Source: a virus (taxonomy: Duplodnaviria; Caudoviricetes). From it: a DNA stretch of 64,000 nt. Position numbers and translations under genes: made by a program. The stretch lies in the IMG/VR virus record IMGVR_UViG_3300037067_012889, positions 64,001 through 128,000 of that record; one strand, 5' to 3'. The notes beneath the pieces were generated by a model that did not search any database, was not told where the DNA came from, and worked only from the letters and a program-made list of their open reading frames with translations. Every line of letters begins with the position of its first letter. Position 1 is the stretch's first letter. Shown one piece after another: positions 48,029 to 60,480 of the stretch.

Positions 48029-48778
48029 ATGTACAAATTGATAAATGCTAATTGCTTAGATTATTTGAAGTCATACCCAGATTTACAGTGGGATACGATT
48101 ATGGCCGATCCTCCGGACGGGATAGACCTAAAATATGACACATATTCAGATAAGATTACAAGCGATGATTATATGTCGATGATGCGCAAATGGTTAAGCA
48201 TTTTTGTCATGCGTGCTAAAACAGTATGGGTATCATATAATGCGATATGGACGTTCGAAATAGGCAAAATCGTAACTGATTTGGTTGGCTTAAGAGCGGG
48301 AGTGCTAGAAGCCAAACCGTGCGTACAAGCATTCACATTTGGCCAGCACAATCAAAATGATTTGGGCAACAACTTCAGACCATTGTTACGACTACGTTGG
48401 CATGATGCTCCGCTACGACCAGATAATATAAGAATTCCGTCGTGGCGTCTATTAAATGGAGACAAACGTGCCGATCCGCGTGGTAGAGTTCCTGGTGACG
48501 TGTTCCATTTTCCGCGTGTCACTGGCAATTCAAAACAGAGACGTAGATGGTGCCCCACACAACTCAATGAGGGTCTTGTTGAGCGATGTCTTAAGATGAC
48601 AACACCGGATGGGGGAACGGTTCTTGATCCGTTTTGTGGCACTGGAACTACATTAAGAGTATGTAAGGTTCTCGGATATTCATGCACGCTCATAGACGTA
48701 GAAACTTTGTATTGCGACGAAATCGCAAAAGAACATAATATAAAAATCGAATATCTGCATGAATCAGAAACCAAATAA
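48029..48778 (+). CDS. DNA N6-adenine/N4-cytosine methyltransferase, beta class (start may be 47999)
   Basis: motif IV ADPPD near N-terminus; motif I VLDPFCGTGTT near C-terminus. Confidence 0.85.
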   Translation: MYKLINANCLDYLKSYPDLQWDTIMADPPDGIDLKYDTYSDKITSDDYMSMMRKWLSIFVMRAKTVWVSYNAIWTFEIGKIVTDLVGLRAGVLEAKPCVQAFTFGQHNQNDLGNNFRPLLRLRWHDAPLRPDNIRIPSWRLLNGDKRADPRGRVPGDVFHFPRVTGNSKQRRRWCPTQLNEGLVERCLKMTTPDGGTVLDPFCGTGTTLRVCKVLGYSCTLIDVETLYCDEIAKEHNIKIEYLHESETK

Positions 48779-49139
48779 ATGCCCGTATTGCGGGCAGGAT
48801 GTAGTTTGTAAGGATTCTTCCATCATCTATGGTAGATCTTATGGTATGGTGTGGATATGCTCTGGATGGCCGAAATGTGATGCGTATGTTGGTTGTAAAA
48901 AAGGCACGAGCCAACCACTAGGTAGACTGGCAAATCCGGAACTTAGATATTGGAAGAAGCATGCGCACGACACATTTGATAAGCTCTGGAATCACGGAAA
49001 GATGACACGATCAGACGCCTATACTTGGCTATCCAGAGAATTATCAATTCCACCAGCAAAATGCCATATCGGGATGTTCGATGTAGACCAGTGTAAAGCT
49101 GTTTGTAACGCTATAACCGAATTCAACAAACAATTTTGA
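48759..49139 (+). CDS. DUF3268-family zinc-finger protein
   Basis: CPYCG...IYG...C..CDAYVG...PLG.LA..ELR..K..AH..FD.LW...R..AY.WL...CHIGMFD. Confidence 0.85.
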   Translation: MNQKPNKCPYCGQDVVCKDSSIIYGRSYGMVWICSGWPKCDAYVGCKKGTSQPLGRLANPELRYWKKHAHDTFDKLWNHGKMTRSDAYTWLSRELSIPPAKCHIGMFDVDQCKAVCNAITEFNKQF

Positions 49140-49402
49140 GTAGAAAAATGAGTCGAGGAGATTTGGGACCCACCGAACCACATCCAGCAGCACGCGCAGC
49201 ACAAGAATATCTTGCGGCCATGGCGGGCCGAGGAGAGTTGTCTGTGTGGGTCGAATCATTTGCATCGTGTGCTATTGAAGGTAACCGTCTCGCCGAGGTA
49301 TGTAGTGAAACTCTTGACAGACTTTTACATGGCCAGCCGGTGAGTGATCGTTACATTCTCGGGTTAGCATTCACAATCATCAATAGCAAGACATCTGAGT
49401 GA
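49136..49402 (+). CDS. hypothetical protein
   Basis: coupled ORF. Confidence 0.6.
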   Translation: MSRKMSRGDLGPTEPHPAARAAQEYLAAMAGRGELSVWVESFASCAIEGNRLAEVCSETLDRLLHGQPVSDRYILGLAFTIINSKTSE

Positions 49403-49725
49403 TTATGTCTTTAATAGCTAGCATTAGTATCTCAGGGGCTCCAGAACACTATCTTTCGGTAAGTGATGTCCTGTATACTCTTGAAATCGCCCTATTCCTT
49501 TGTAGCACATATTTGTTCTTTAGGATTTTTAAGATATCAAGGTTTAGGATCAATTTAATAGGTGAAGACTACATAGCATATTTAAATCTACCGAGCTTTG
49601 AGAACATGTTATTACATTTCTGGATTTGGCCGCTATCCAGGTTTATAACAAGACGTAAAAAATCGGACGAAGAAGAATTGGAAGCCTTGGTAAAAACATA
49701 TAAATCCTGGCAAAATACCAATTAA
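49399..49725 (+). CDS. membrane hypothetical protein
   Basis: hydrophobic segment; LPSF..ML.HFWIWPL motif. Confidence 0.55.
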   Translation: MIMSLIASISISGAPEHYLSVSDVLYTLEIALFLCSTYLFFRIFKISRFRINLIGEDYIAYLNLPSFENMLLHFWIWPLSRFITRRKKSDEEELEALVKTYKSWQNTN

Positions 49726-49767
49726 AACTTCATCTCAATCGTGCCATAACAATAAAGGATTCAGGCT

Positions 49768-50556
49768 ATGCAGAGATCTATACTTAAAGATTCGTTGTGG
49801 CTCGTAACTTCCGGTGGCACAAAAGTGCCTATCGATACCGTCCGCGACATCACCAATATGAGCAAAGGCACATTCGGTTGTAAGATTATGACCGAAGCTC
49901 TAAAACGTGGCAATAGGGTCCATGGGTTGATAGCAACCGGTAGTAAGTCGCCCTTCGATTTCTGTATGAACTTCTGGCGACAAGAAGATGCAGAAATAGC
50001 GGCCATGATTGAAATGGGGGAAATGGCTAAATTCGCTCTCGAATATAGAAGATGCTATGTAGAGAACGAATACCGCAACTTCAATGACTATGAAAAGTCA
50101 TTAGCACAGATTATGGAGACTCGTGTTCCAGATGTAGTGATCTTGGCCGCAGCCGTCAGCGATTATGGAGTGAAGCCGATGGCTGGCAAGATTAGATCTG
50201 GTAGCGACATGACAATCGAGCTTAGGCCATTGCCAAAATTGATTTCACGTATCAAGGCTGCTCATCCGAATTGTTATCTTGTTGGATTCAAACTTCTTGT
50301 CAATTCTACCGACGAGGAGTTGGAAGCCGCAGTTCGACATAGTATAGAAACAAACCTTTGCGATCTTGTAGTCGGAAACGATCTTCGTGATATCAAAGCT
50401 GGTAAACATCGGCTGTTGCTTGGTAAAACGGATGGTAAATCGATAACGATTACATCACATTGTGCTGATCCGAAAGATCCGAGCTATTTGGCCGAAGTAG
50501 TCGTTGACACTATCACGGAGCAACAGCGGTGGCCCCTAAATACAACATCTTATTAG
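49768..50556 (+). CDS. coaB: phosphopantothenate-cysteine ligase-like (CoaB/DFP domain)
   Basis: LVTSGGT.VPID.VR.ITN.S.GTFG, LAAAVSDY, PKLI, LVGFKL, VVGND. Confidence 0.85.
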   Translation: MQRSILKDSLWLVTSGGTKVPIDTVRDITNMSKGTFGCKIMTEALKRGNRVHGLIATGSKSPFDFCMNFWRQEDAEIAAMIEMGEMAKFALEYRRCYVENEYRNFNDYEKSLAQIMETRVPDVVILAAAVSDYGVKPMAGKIRSGSDMTIELRPLPKLISRIKAAHPNCYLVGFKLLVNSTDEELEAAVRHSIETNLCDLVVGNDLRDIKAGKHRLLLGKTDGKSITITSHCADPKDPSYLAEVVVDTITEQQRWPLNTTSY

Positions 50557-51725
50557 GTCTGACAGGTAGTGTTGCAACAAGGCTTGCACCAAAGCTGTTA
50601 AAATCTCTATCAGAACATGGTAACGTCAAGGTCATAATGACCGAAGCGGCAACACATTTCTGTACTCACGACCAATTAAGCGCGGTTATCCCATCAATTG
50701 AAGTATATCGCGACGACCACGAATGGTCGATTTGGGAAGGCAGTATCCGATTCAGAGAATATTGCAAAGCAGTGAAGCTAGAATCGGATGTTCCCGATGA
50801 GTTGATTCCGCATATCGATTTGCGGCGATGGGCTAGTGTATTTGTCATTGCCCCACTATCGGCAAATACGTTGGCTAAAGCGGCAAATGGATTGTGCGAT
50901 AATTTGTTGACTTCGACCCTGCGTGCCTGGGATACGAATCGCCCAATCATTCTCGCACCCGCAATGAACACATTGATGTGGGAGCATGCCGCAACACAGC
51001 ATCATTTAAGCCAATTTAACGTCTGGTATCAAAATGCACATGTAGTAAACCCTATTGCAAAAAAGCTGGCATGTAATCAAATCGGCATTGGTGCAATGGC
51101 TATGGTCGATGATATTGTACAGGCAATGCTTGACTCTCTACAATGGCGATTCCCGTTAATGAATAGCTGTGTCCAGGATTGGTATGGGCGTCCTTCAACG
51201 CCGAACAACTGTCCCGGAATTCCAATCGATGACCATCCTGGTGCATTTGGTGTCAAACGCAATCATGATATACATAGTGGTATAGATCTTTATTGCAGCA
51301 AAGACAGCTATGTGACACCTGTAGAGTCTGGTACTGTTGTTTGTATTGAACCATTCACAGGACCAAGCGATGATACACCATGGTGGAATGATACATCTTG
51401 CATTATGGTTGAGGGAGCGTCGGGTGTAGTTAATTATGGCGAACTCTCGCCATCGTCGAACATCAAACTTGGTATGACAGTGCGAGTTGGTGATGTTATT
51501 GGTAAAATAATACCAGTTTTACCAGAAGAGAAATTAAGATCTGATATACCGGGACACAGCACATCGATGCTACATATTGAATTATATAAGCATGGCGTAT
51601 ATTCGCCATCAAAAATTTGGCCACACAATGAAAATCCGCCTTGTAGCTTAATCGACCCAACGCCATATCTATTAGGCAATATCGACGGTCCTTCGAACAC
51701 TTTAAGTGTGCTATCAACTACTTAA
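50529..51725 (+). CDS. coaC: phosphopantothenoylcysteine decarboxylase-like flavoprotein fused to M23-peptidase-like domain
   Basis: ILLGLTGSVA, HI.LR.W, APLSANTLAK.ANG.CDNLLT, APAMNT.MW, KLAC..GIGAM; C-terminal HSGIDLY...G.VIG...LHIE. Confidence 0.82.
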   Translation: MAPKYNILLGLTGSVATRLAPKLLKSLSEHGNVKVIMTEAATHFCTHDQLSAVIPSIEVYRDDHEWSIWEGSIRFREYCKAVKLESDVPDELIPHIDLRRWASVFVIAPLSANTLAKAANGLCDNLLTSTLRAWDTNRPIILAPAMNTLMWEHAATQHHLSQFNVWYQNAHVVNPIAKKLACNQIGIGAMAMVDDIVQAMLDSLQWRFPLMNSCVQDWYGRPSTPNNCPGIPIDDHPGAFGVKRNHDIHSGIDLYCSKDSYVTPVESGTVVCIEPFTGPSDDTPWWNDTSCIMVEGASGVVNYGELSPSSNIKLGMTVRVGDVIGKIIPVLPEEKLRSDIPGHSTSMLHIELYKHGVYSPSKIWPHNENPPCSLIDPTPYLLGNIDGPSNTLSVLSTT

Positions 51726-51752
51726 CCGCTATCTCTAATTACGGAGAATGCT

Positions 51753-52799
51753 ATGACTCTCACTACTAGTGAGTGGATTAATTTGTATCAATCTACGAGT
51801 AATTCAGATCGAATCAAGGCCGGTAAGGTCGTAGTTGGTATGTCGCCAGAACAGATCGCCGATATAAAAAAAGAACTTGAACATCGCAAAATCCCAATCA
51901 AAGGCAAGCTTGCTGCTATGATTAAGTTTCCAGAGCAAGCAAAGGCTACGAGCAACAACACATCGAAAGTCTTTTGGGGTGAAGACGAGTGGGATTTCTT
52001 AGTTTCAAAAGTTTCTGCTCTCGCTCTCAAAGAACCAACGACTGGTCTCGCTTGTTTAGCCGGTCGAATCATGGAGCAAATGCCTGTTCATCAAAGAAGA
52101 CCTACACACGCAGGTCTTGTATCTGATCTAAACAAGCGATTGATCGAATACAATCGAGAACATTGGCTCGAAGTAGAGCAAGAATTAAGAACAGCGAAGG
52201 ATGAACTTACACGACGAAAAGAAGCATTGTCGAGGGAAGAGGTGATCGCTTCTCTCACCGATGAAGAGATCGGGCAATTCACACAACGAATCATCGACAA
52301 TCTATCACCAGACGATCTGTGCTCTCAATTCTCAGAACAAACCGTTCTAGATTGTATATCTCAGGAAGCTGTCGTAGCACATGCGATTGCTAAATCTTTT
52401 GCCAGATTTGGAGAGCACACGAGAATACTTGAAGAAAATCTGACGATGCTTTCGCGTCTACTCTCAGAATTACCACAGGAGAAGATTCGGAGACAACTTC
52501 AAGAAAAGGCGGCTGCTCCTGCCAGATTACCGCAGGTAGCATTTGTCGGATTCAAAGCTGAACAAATCGCAATCGTGGCCGATTCGTTACGTGGGCGAAT
52601 TAGAATTGACGTGATCGACAAGAATCGCAGCAGATTCGACTCATCAGCAGAAATCATCATCATATGGACGAAATTTATATCTCACTCTTTTGAAGCGCAA
52701 GTAATCCAGAACATGAAGAAAGGTGCACGCCTAATTCGCTTCAGTGGCGGATTAGAAGCAGCATCTAGAGAAATCGATCGTGCCATTAGGATGGTATAA
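51753..52799 (+). CDS. hypothetical protein with coiled coil and C-terminal DUF2325-like domain
   Basis: VAFVG...[11 protein letters not shown]...GG C-terminal pattern; GGAG RBS. Confidence 0.55.
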   Translation: MTLTTSEWINLYQSTSNSDRIKAGKVVVGMSPEQIADIKKELEHRKIPIKGKLAAMIKFPEQAKATSNNTSKVFWGEDEWDFLVSKVSALALKEPTTGLACLAGRIMEQMPVHQRRPTHAGLVSDLNKRLIEYNREHWLEVEQELRTAKDELTRRKEALSREEVIASLTDEEIGQFTQRIIDNLSPDDLCSQFSEQTVLDCISQEAVVAHAIAKSFARFGEHTRILEENLTMLSRLLSELPQEKIRRQLQEKAAAPARLPQVAFVGFKAEQIAIVADSLRGRIRIDVIDKNRSRFDSSAEIIIIWTKFISHSFEAQVIQNMKKGARLIRFSGGLEAASREIDRAIRMV

Positions 52800-55700
52800 C
52801 CCAACTCAGCACGCCACTGACTACTCTTAATACGTAGTCTCCATCCAATGTCGGTGCGGCTGGGTAACCTGAAATTCCAGATGCACCAGCAGCACCAGCT
52901 GGACCAGTTGCACCACCAATGCCAGCTGGACCAGTTGCACCAGGATCTCCGCCACCCGGTCCCGTTGCACCAGTAGGTCCAACCGGGCCTGATGCTCCAC
53001 CGGTATCTCCCTGAGGCCCAGTAGCACCAGAAGCACCAATGCCAGTCGCACCGGTCAAACCAGTCGCACCGGTCAAACCGGTTGCACCGATACCGGTCGC
53101 ACCTAGCGGACCAGTAGAGCCGGTTGCACCAGTAAAGCCAATAACACCAGTTGATCCCGCTATTCCAGTAGAACCAGTAGAACCCTTGGTGCCAGATGCA
53201 CCAGTAACAGACGTTCCACTAGCACCAGCAATACCCGTGGAACCAGTAGAACCAGCAATACCTGTAGAACCAGTAGCACCAGTAGGCCCAGCGGGGCCAG
53301 ATGCACCGCCCGTATCTCCTTGAGGCCCAGTAGCACCAGATGCTCCTACACCAGTAGCACCAGCAGTACCAGTAGCACCGGCAATACCAGTAGCACCGAC
53401 CCCCGTAGCACCTATAGGGCCTGTAGGGCCTGTAGAACCAGTGGCACCAGCACTACCAGAAAGCCCAGTTGCTCCTGTTGCACCAGCCGGACCAGAAGGA
53501 CCAGAAGCACCGCCAGTATCTCCCTGAGGACCTTGTGGTCCAGTGGATCCAGTAGCACCAGTAGGACCAGAAGCACCACCTGTTGGTCCTTGTGCTCCGG
53601 TTGCACCAGAAGCACCCAATCCTGTAGCACCAGTGGCACCTCCATATCCCGTTATTCCAGTAGCACCAGTAGGACCTGTGTATCCAGTAGCACCAGAAGG
53701 ACCGGAAGCACCACCAGTTGGACCTTGTGCTCCTGATGCCCCAACCACGCCAGTGGAACCAGTAGCACCAGCAACCCCGGCACCGGTAGCACCACCTAAA
53801 CCAGAAGCACCAGTAGGTCCAACAACACCGGTGGAACCGGTGGCACCAGCAACCCCGGCACCTGTAGCACCGGTTAAACCAGTAGCACCATCAACACCGA
53901 TTGTGCCAGATGCACCGATTGGACCTGTTGAACCTGTAGCACCTGTTAAGCCAGTAGCACCAGTGGCACCTGTTAAACCGGTAGCACCATCGACACCGAT
54001 TGTACCGGACGCACCGATTGGACCTGTCGAACCAAGACCAGTGGCACCAGTGGCACCAGTTAAACCGACAGAGCCTGTGGCACCAGATGCACCGTCAATA
54101 CCAGCACCGGCAGGTCCGGTTGCACCAGTTGCACCAAGGCCAGTAGCACCAACGAGACCACTTGCGCCTTGAATGCCAGTAGAACCAGTTGCACCACTAA
54201 TACCCGTAGCACCAGTAAGACCAGCACCAGAAGCACCCTGTACGCCCGTTGCACCTTGAACACCAGTAGATCCAGTTGCACCAGAAGGACCAGAAGAACC
54301 ACCAGTTGGTCCTTGTGCTCCGGTCGAACCAGAAGCACCTTGAACACCCATTGGACCGGTCGCACCGACAGGACCACCAAATGGGCCAGATGCACCGGTT
54401 AAACCGGTAGATCCAGGTGCACCGGAAGCACCAATGCCACTTGCACCTTGAACGCCAGTTGCACCGATACCAGTAGCACCGGATGCCCCAAGACCAGTCG
54501 CACCGGTCAAACCAGTTGCGCCACCAGTGCCAGTAGCACCATCAAGCCCAGTGGCACCTACAGTACCAATACCAGTCGCACCAGTGGCACCTATCGGACC
54601 ACCAGCAGGCCCGGTGGCTCCGTCGATACCGGGTGTTCCGGTTGCACCAATCACACTTAAACCAGGTACACCGCTTGCGCCAGTCGGACCAACTGCACCA
54701 GTAGAGCCAGTGGCACCAATTGGACCGCCAGAAGGCCCTGTGGCACCAGTATATCCAGTAGCACCAGAAGCACCAATCCCTGTAGCACCGGCTATTCCAA
54801 GACCAGTTGCACCAGTTGCACCACCTACTCCAAAGCCAGTGGCACCAGTTGCACCTGCCTGACCAGTGGCACCAACAGGACCACCAGAAGGCCCAGTTGA
54901 CCCTTCTTGTCCAGCAGGACCTGTAGCACCTGTCAGACCAATACCGCTCGCACCTTGTACGCCGGTCGCACCAGAAGAACCAGCAGGACCAGATGCACCA
55001 GTAGGACCACCAGCAGGGCCAGATGCGCCTGTTTCACCTGTTGCACCAGAAGCGCCGGCTATACCTGTTGCACCAGATGCACCAAGACCGGTGGCACCAG
55101 TAGCACCGATAGGACCGCCCGCAGGACCAGTAGCACCAATCTGGCCTATACCCGTTGCACCTGTTGCTCCGGTTGGACCGCCACTTGGACCGGTGGCACC
55201 AGCTATACCAGTCGATCCTGTTGCACCTGTGAGTCCAGTACCTGTTGCTCCTCTGGGACCAGAAACACCAGTAGAACCAGTAGCACCAGACTCTCCGGTT
55301 GCACCTGTAGGTCCTCCTAAAGGACCAGTAGCACCGGTCAAGCCCGTAGAGCCAGTTGCACCGGGACCAGTTGCACCAATTGGACCGATGGGGCCAACAG
55401 AACCTTGAGCACCAGTGGAACCAGTAGCACCTGTTGGGCCACCACCGGGACCAGTTGCACCAGCAGGACCGGCCGCACCCGATGCCCCCGTAATGCCACT
55501 TGAAGTCCACGACAAATGCTTCAATCCATCTGTGACTAGGACTTGGCCAACCGTGCCATCGACATTAGGGAATTGCAAATTGCTAATAATAACATGCTTA
55601 CCGCTGCCCCATGCAGAAACCTCCAAATCAGTCCCGGTAACTGAATGAACAACAGATGTCTGCAAGCCATCGGTGCTACTATATGATAAACCAGCATTAT

Positions 55701-58700
55701 CAACAAGACGACCGTTCGTACCAGCAAATGGAATTCTGTTTGGTGTCAGCGCAACACCATCGTTCAAGACAAAACCTTTCCTGGCGTTATCTGTAGTGAT
55801 GGTGAAATAAATATCGTCGGTTGTAAATTCAAAAGCACCGGCTTCCGGAATAGCAAGAACAACACCACTAGCGAATTTTAGTAACGCCGTTCCTGGTGCT
55901 GCACTACCAGCCTTTATATGTAGTCTTGCTGTTGGATTATAGAGGCCGATACCAATAGCTTCGCCATTTATAGTGACATTTTCACTATTTCTATCACGTT
56001 CAATTAGATTATAAAAATTAGTTAAACGTTCTGCATCGTATGCAGGAACACCAGCGCTTTCAGTAAGAGTAACAGTGCCGAGCCATCTATATCCCTTATT
56101 ACTACCGGTAGTGGCGTAGACCGGAATACCGTCTAACGTAGCTAGGCCATCAGAATCGACTTGCGACCAATAACCAGCAGCCAAATCATCGGCAAACACA
56201 CCAGCTATGTGATCTACTATACATGCATAAACGTTAACGTTCGAAACACGGGTACCAACACCATACGATGTCCCAGTAACCCATTCTTCTATGCGACTTG
56301 TCGATTCTGGTGAATACTCTACAAACTTAATTTCACCGATCATGCAATACCAGAAAATCGTGCTATACCACAAAGCCTGATATGGCATCGTGCATGCCGT
56401 GGCATCTATTCTATAATAACGATATGCTACAGTGTTGTTAAATGTGAAATAACTCGACCAAATCCCAACACCGGCTGGTGGATCTATACCTACTTTCGTA
56501 TCGAGAACCGACCAGTTCACATTATCATTTGATCCAGATAATGTGAAATCTCGCGGTAGCGAAGGATAATACATCTTCGCTTTAAACGCATATTTATTTA
56601 TAACCTTCTCATTGTGCTCACCGAAATCGTATGTAATCCATACGGGAGATTCAAAGGGATCTCCTGGGGTATAGGTATTGCCACCGATTCGTACGCCCCA
56701 CCCAGGATTGCTTGGCGTGAGGTCTTGGTTAAATGCATACCAACCATACAAATAGATATCAAGTGTTTCCCCATATATAACACCGGTATCGCTGGTAATG
56801 ACGACATTCGGAATAGGTGTCGTGAACGACGTCATTGCGGTAGTACATGTGGTAGTTCCAGGGTTGTACTTACCATCTGATGGTATAAACTTCCAAGGTG
56901 CAAATTCTATATCAAAAGATGTCGGTGTACTGTAAGATGCAAATACGTCGTAAGTTCGGTATGAAATGAGCGGAGCCGCGTCCATGTCGTTGACAATATT
57001 CGACACCGATGGTGCCACGGCCGTATTAACGATATCCCATGTAGATGTGGAATTGTTATAAAGCCGAATCTGGTTAGACTCGACAAAATTCCACACTAGA
57101 TTAGTAGCACTAATGACCTTTAAGTTACCATCGACAACGTCCGTTGGTGCCACACCCGCACCGTTATTTGCCCAAGATAAAGTACCAGTTCCATCTGTGG
57201 CGAGTACCTGCCCAGATAAACCATTTGTTCTTGGAAAATCAAGAGAACCAAGGAAAATATTGCCAATGCTACCAGTATCGATTACGACATCGCCAGTATC
57301 TTTCTTTTTCTCGACAGTGTTGTAGAAATTACCAATCAAGGCGTTACTAAAATTAGCAACGCCGTTAACTGAGTATAACGAGACTGTACCAAGCCATCTA
57401 TAGCCCTTGTAGAGGCCAGAGTTAGCATAAATCGGAACACCATCGAAAATACCCAGTCCATCTGGATCTGATAATATCCACCTACCACTAGCCAAATCAA
57501 CATCAAAATCGTTTGATGTATGAGCAGAAATACATGCATATTTGCTGCTCTCGTGCAATACCCGATCGCCGATTTTGTAGCCAGTTGCTGTAATCCAATA
57601 TCCAGCTCTTGTGTTGGCCGACACTCCACGAACTAACTTTACAGCCCCAAGCTCTACATAGTATTGTGCTGTGCCTGCATCAGCTGGACAGTTAGTTACT
57701 AATCTATAATAACGATAAGCTGTCCCATTGCTAAATGTGTAATATGCGCTCCATGTCTGATCACCAGGGCCTGTTATACCCGTTCTAGTATCAAGCAGTA
57801 TAAAAGTCGTTCCATTATGCGATCCATATAAACTGAACGCTGTTGGAAACGCAATATTGCTGTATGCTTGCAAAGCATACTTATTTATAATCGTTGGTAC
57901 ATTAAAATCGTATTCTATCCATGCAGATGTGGCCAGAGGTGTTGGGACCGACGACCAATATTTAGTGATATCACCACTAAATGCATTCCATGCACCGTAC
58001 AATTCACTGCTCGCACTTGCAACTTGCGGTGCTGGTATGCTGTTCGCAGTCATTGTAGTTGTGCATGTAGTAGTACCAGGATTAGCACTACCATTAATCG
58101 ACGCAACAACCCAAGGCGCAAACGTGAGATCGAATGACGTAAGTGAATCATATGTAGCGAAAACGTCATATACTAGATCATATGTTAAAGCATCACCACC
58201 CATATCGGTGGCTGTATTCGACGCTGTTGGTTCTGTCGCAACATCGACTATAGCCCATGCTACAGAGGTTGCATTATATAGTCGTATATGGTTTGATGAA
58301 TAAAAGCTCCAAACCAATGTGCTTCCAGCACTCGATCGCAATCGGCCACCAAGAGTATCGCTACTTTCTACTCCTGGCGTTATGACACTATTGACGTATT
58401 GGATTGTCGCAACGTCATATGGCAATGCTGGTGCAGTAGCGTGATTGTTTATGAATTGATTACCAGTACCAAGATCAGTAGCTGGTATCCTGAAAGTATT
58501 ATGGTTGATCGTATTGTCTGTAGAGGTGGCGTCTAAAGAAAACGATGAGCCAACCAGACGTTCAACAAGTGTATTGTTCTCTATGGTATTAGAATCGGAA
58601 TCAACGAGCTTAACAGAGTCTAGATTGTCGATAATCCTATTATTGTAAATCGAATTGGTATCGGAGTTTTGGACATAAAATCCAGTATTGTTGGATTGGG

Positions 58701-59343
58701 ACAAACTCTCGGTAACAGTGCATTTTGTAGCATATACCAGAGAGTATCCAGTACTCACATTCAATGAGCTATTATTCTCTTCACAATTATTTCCTGTAGA
58801 ATTAAATATCCCGAGACCATCTGCATTATTTGTAGTAACATTATCATGTAAAATGTTATTATCAGATGAATCTCGTAACAAAATACCAAATTCAGTATTG
58901 TTATCAGCGGTATTGTTGACTACGATATTATTACTACTGGCTGCAAGCTCAATGCCATTCTTGTTACCAGTACAAACACATAAATCGATTTTATAGGTAT
59001 CAACACTACCCGAATTATCAAGTAAGATACCTGATTGATTAGGGGCCGTCGCTGTTACTTTGAATCTGCTAAAAGATCCAGCAGCAGCCGTTATATGGAC
59101 AGCTGGTGTCACACCATTACCAGTCAATGTCGTTGTGTCGCTGTCATCAGTATAGATATCGAGAACTTTATTAATTACTAGGTTCTCAGTATAGGCACCT
59201 GGCCTTACATAGATCACATCTTTTTCAGCTGATGCATCAATAGCGGCTTGGATTGTTGTATATTCTGAATCAACAGCACCAACGGTTGTGGTATAATCCG
59301 CTGCAGCTTTTGTGACTATCCTATCAGTATTTGTTAACATCAT
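52786..59343 (-). CDS. giant fibre/adhesin (2185 aa): parallel beta-helix, duplicated F5/8-like plus CBM5/12-like module, ~870-aa collagen-like region
   Basis: TIQAAID..V..G.Y.E and NN-rich beta-helix repeats; F.L.GS.....YRYYR; W..T.Y..G.RV; Gly-X-Y repeats; ATGA coupling to upstream gene. Confidence 0.8.
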   Translation of the reverse strand: MMLTNTDRIVTKAAADYTTTVGAVDSEYTTIQAAIDASAEKDVIYVRPGAYTENLVINKVLDIYTDDSDTTTLTGNGVTPAVHITAAAGSFSRFKVTATAPNQSGILLDNSGSVDTYKIDLCVCTGNKNGIELAASSNNIVVNNTADNNTEFGILLRDSSDNNILHDNVTTNNADGLGIFNSTGNNCEENNSSLNVSTGYSLVYATKCTVTESLSQSNNTGFYVQNSDTNSIYNNRIIDNLDSVKLVDSDSNTIENNTLVERLVGSSFSLDATSTDNTINHNTFRIPATDLGTGNQFINNHATAPALPYDVATIQYVNSVITPGVESSDTLGGRLRSSAGSTLVWSFYSSNHIRLYNATSVAWAIVDVATEPTASNTATDMGGDALTYDLVYDVFATYDSLTSFDLTFAPWVVASINGSANPGTTTCTTTMTANSIPAPQVASASSELYGAWNAFSGDITKYWSSVPTPLATSAWIEYDFNVPTIINKYALQAYSNIAFPTAFSLYGSHNGTTFILLDTRTGITGPGDQTWSAYYTFSNGTAYRYYRLVTNCPADAGTAQYYVELGAVKLVRGVSANTRAGYWITATGYKIGDRVLHESSKYACISAHTSNDFDVDLASGRWILSDPDGLGIFDGVPIYANSGLYKGYRWLGTVSLYSVNGVANFSNALIGNFYNTVEKKKDTGDVVIDTGSIGNIFLGSLDFPRTNGLSGQVLATDGTGTLSWANNGAGVAPTDVVDGNLKVISATNLVWNFVESNQIRLYNNSTSTWDIVNTAVAPSVSNIVNDMDAAPLISYRTYDVFASYSTPTSFDIEFAPWKFIPSDGKYNPGTTTCTTAMTSFTTPIPNVVITSDTGVIYGETLDIYLYGWYAFNQDLTPSNPGWGVRIGGNTYTPGDPFESPVWITYDFGEHNEKVINKYAFKAKMYYPSLPRDFTLSGSNDNVNWSVLDTKVGIDPPAGVGIWSSYFTFNNTVAYRYYRIDATACTMPYQALWYSTIFWYCMIGEIKFVEYSPESTSRIEEWVTGTSYGVGTRVSNVNVYACIVDHIAGVFADDLAAGYWSQVDSDGLATLDGIPVYATTGSNKGYRWLGTVTLTESAGVPAYDAERLTNFYNLIERDRNSENVTINGEAIGIGLYNPTARLHIKAGSAAPGTALLKFASGVVLAIPEAGAFEFTTDDIYFTITTDNARKGFVLNDGVALTPNRIPFAGTNGRLVDNAGLSYSSTDGLQTSVVHSVTGTDLEVSAWGSGKHVIISNLQFPNVDGTVGQVLVTDGLKHLSWTSSGITGASGAAGPAGATGPGGGPTGATGSTGAQGSVGPIGPIGATGPGATGSTGLTGATGPLGGPTGATGESGATGSTGVSGPRGATGTGLTGATGSTGIAGATGPSGGPTGATGATGIGQIGATGPAGGPIGATGATGLGASGATGIAGASGATGETGASGPAGGPTGASGPAGSSGATGVQGASGIGLTGATGPAGQEGSTGPSGGPVGATGQAGATGATGFGVGGATGATGLGIAGATGIGASGATGYTGATGPSGGPIGATGSTGAVGPTGASGVPGLSVIGATGTPGIDGATGPAGGPIGATGATGIGTVGATGLDGATGTGGATGLTGATGLGASGATGIGATGVQGASGIGASGAPGSTGLTGASGPFGGPVGATGPMGVQGASGSTGAQGPTGGSSGPSGATGSTGVQGATGVQGASGAGLTGATGISGATGSTGIQGASGLVGATGLGATGATGPAGAGIDGASGATGSVGLTGATGATGLGSTGPIGASGTIGVDGATGLTGATGATGLTGATGSTGPIGASGTIGVDGATGLTGATGAGVAGATGSTGVVGPTGASGLGGATGAGVAGATGSTGVVGASGAQGPTGGASGPSGATGYTGPTGATGITGYGGATGATGLGASGATGAQGPTGGASGPTGATGSTGPQGPQGDTGGASGPSGPAGATGATGLSGSAGATGSTGPTGPIGATGVGATGIAGATGTAGATGVGASGATGPQGDTGGASGPAGPTGATGSTGIAGSTGSTGIAGASGTSVTGASGTKGSTGSTGIAGSTGVIGFTGATGSTGPLGATGIGATGLTGATGLTGATGIGASGATGPQGDTGGASGPVGPTGATGPGGGDPGATGPAGIGGATGPAGAAGASGISGYPAAPTLDGDYVLRVVSGVLSWVIPS
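52860..55495 (-). repeat. collagen-like Gly-X-Y coding repeat (GAT/GAS/GST/GPT-rich, interrupted)
   Basis: 9-nt periodic GCACCAGT-like units. Confidence 0.9.
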
Positions 59344-59624
59344 TCTCCCTCTGCCGTTATATGAACGACAACGTCGTTGGCTGCACACTCACTGAAAAGA
59401 AGATCGCTAAGATTTGCCAGTGTTACTTTATAAACTTTAATAACGACCGACGTAGAAGTCAGACTAATGATTTTGTGAGACAATGGATAAATACTATCTG
59501 CTAGACCACCGTCCTTTAGCTGAATTCCTACACATACTACAGGCGGTTGGCTGAACGGAACATCGAAGTTCCAGACAGCACCACCAACAGCATAATTTAT
59601 CCTGGCGTCAAGTATTGTATTCAT
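59340..59624 (-). CDS. small beta-rich protein, likely fibre-associated (H-type-lectin-like pattern)
   Basis: F..PFS.PPVV.V...I.S.T......V...V...A.G; coupled to fibre gene. Confidence 0.45.
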   Translation of the reverse strand: MNTILDARINYAVGGAVWNFDVPFSQPPVVCVGIQLKDGGLADSIYPLSHKIISLTSTSVVIKVYKVTLANLSDLLFSECAANDVVVHITAEGE

Positions 59625-59726
59625 ATATTCTTTCCATTATTTTTGCGGAATCGACAAAAGCCAAGACAAATTAAAACCACCACTTAATTTTGATGGTTTC
59701 ATTTGTAGATACCAAGGAGAACATCA

Positions 59727-60025
59727 TGGAACACGGACCCAATGTTCGTGAATTGATTTGTAGGCGGATGACGGCACTAATGGTGTCGAACAATGAGCCG
59801 GGTAATTCGCGAGATAGCCTGCTATCTCGTGTCGAGCAACTTTCGTCGATCGCAAAGAGTGCAACTAACTGGGTAGAATATGCATTGCAACTGATAAAGA
59901 CCGCCAAAGATAATCCATATCTAGACGATGATGAGAAAATAGCAGAAGCGATTTTGCATGCAATAGATGAGAGTAAAAAATCAAAATTAGAATTAGAATA
60001 TCCTAATCATTGGAAGAGAACATAA
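59727..60025 (+). other. hypothetical gene (3' part of ORF 59690..60025, likely start MEHGPNV)
   Basis: AAGGAG RBS before internal ATG. Confidence 0.55.
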
Positions 60026-60279
60026 TGGCGACACCAATCCATGTAGCACGTATCGCACTAATGTCGGTCAATGACCTTGGCGCAGTAGTGAATAAGAATA
60101 CTGCAACAATAGGTCAGATGATGCATACATCATCTGAGGAGCGGGTTATAGCAGACCCGACGCTACCTCATACGGCTTCAAATCCGACACCAAAAGCATA
60201 TTTGGAATTGGAAGCGGCAGATGACTTCCTTTTATACCATATCGATCAGACTTACATCATAACATATCTGTTGCTGTAA
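60025..60279 (+). CDS. hypothetical protein
   Basis: TAATG coupling; start MATPIHVA. Confidence 0.6.
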   Translation: MATPIHVARIALMSVNDLGAVVNKNTATIGQMMHTSSEERVIADPTLPHTASNPTPKAYLELEAADDFLLYHIDQTYIITYLLL

Positions 60280-60480
60280 TTAGATAGTCTTGATACGGCT
60301 ATCATCTAGTGGAGCTATTAGCGACAGATAAACTGTGAATTCTTCACTAATTAATGCGTCATAATCAACAGCACACCCTATATCATCGCCAAAATCGCAT
60401 ACGACAAGGATGACATTTGTCATGCTCACCGCTTTTTCGATTATTACACGCTCATCACCGGTTAGTTGATAAATTTTCAT
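60280..60480 (-). CDS. hypothetical protein
   Basis: AGGAG RBS. Confidence 0.6.
   Translation of the reverse strand: MKIYQLTGDERVIIEKAVSMTNVILVVCDFGDDIGCAVDYDALISEEFTVYLSLIAPLDDSRIKTI

Noticed and set aside
53039-55648. Pro/Val/Ala-rich plus-strand ORFs
   Set aside because: Antisense reading of the collagen repeat
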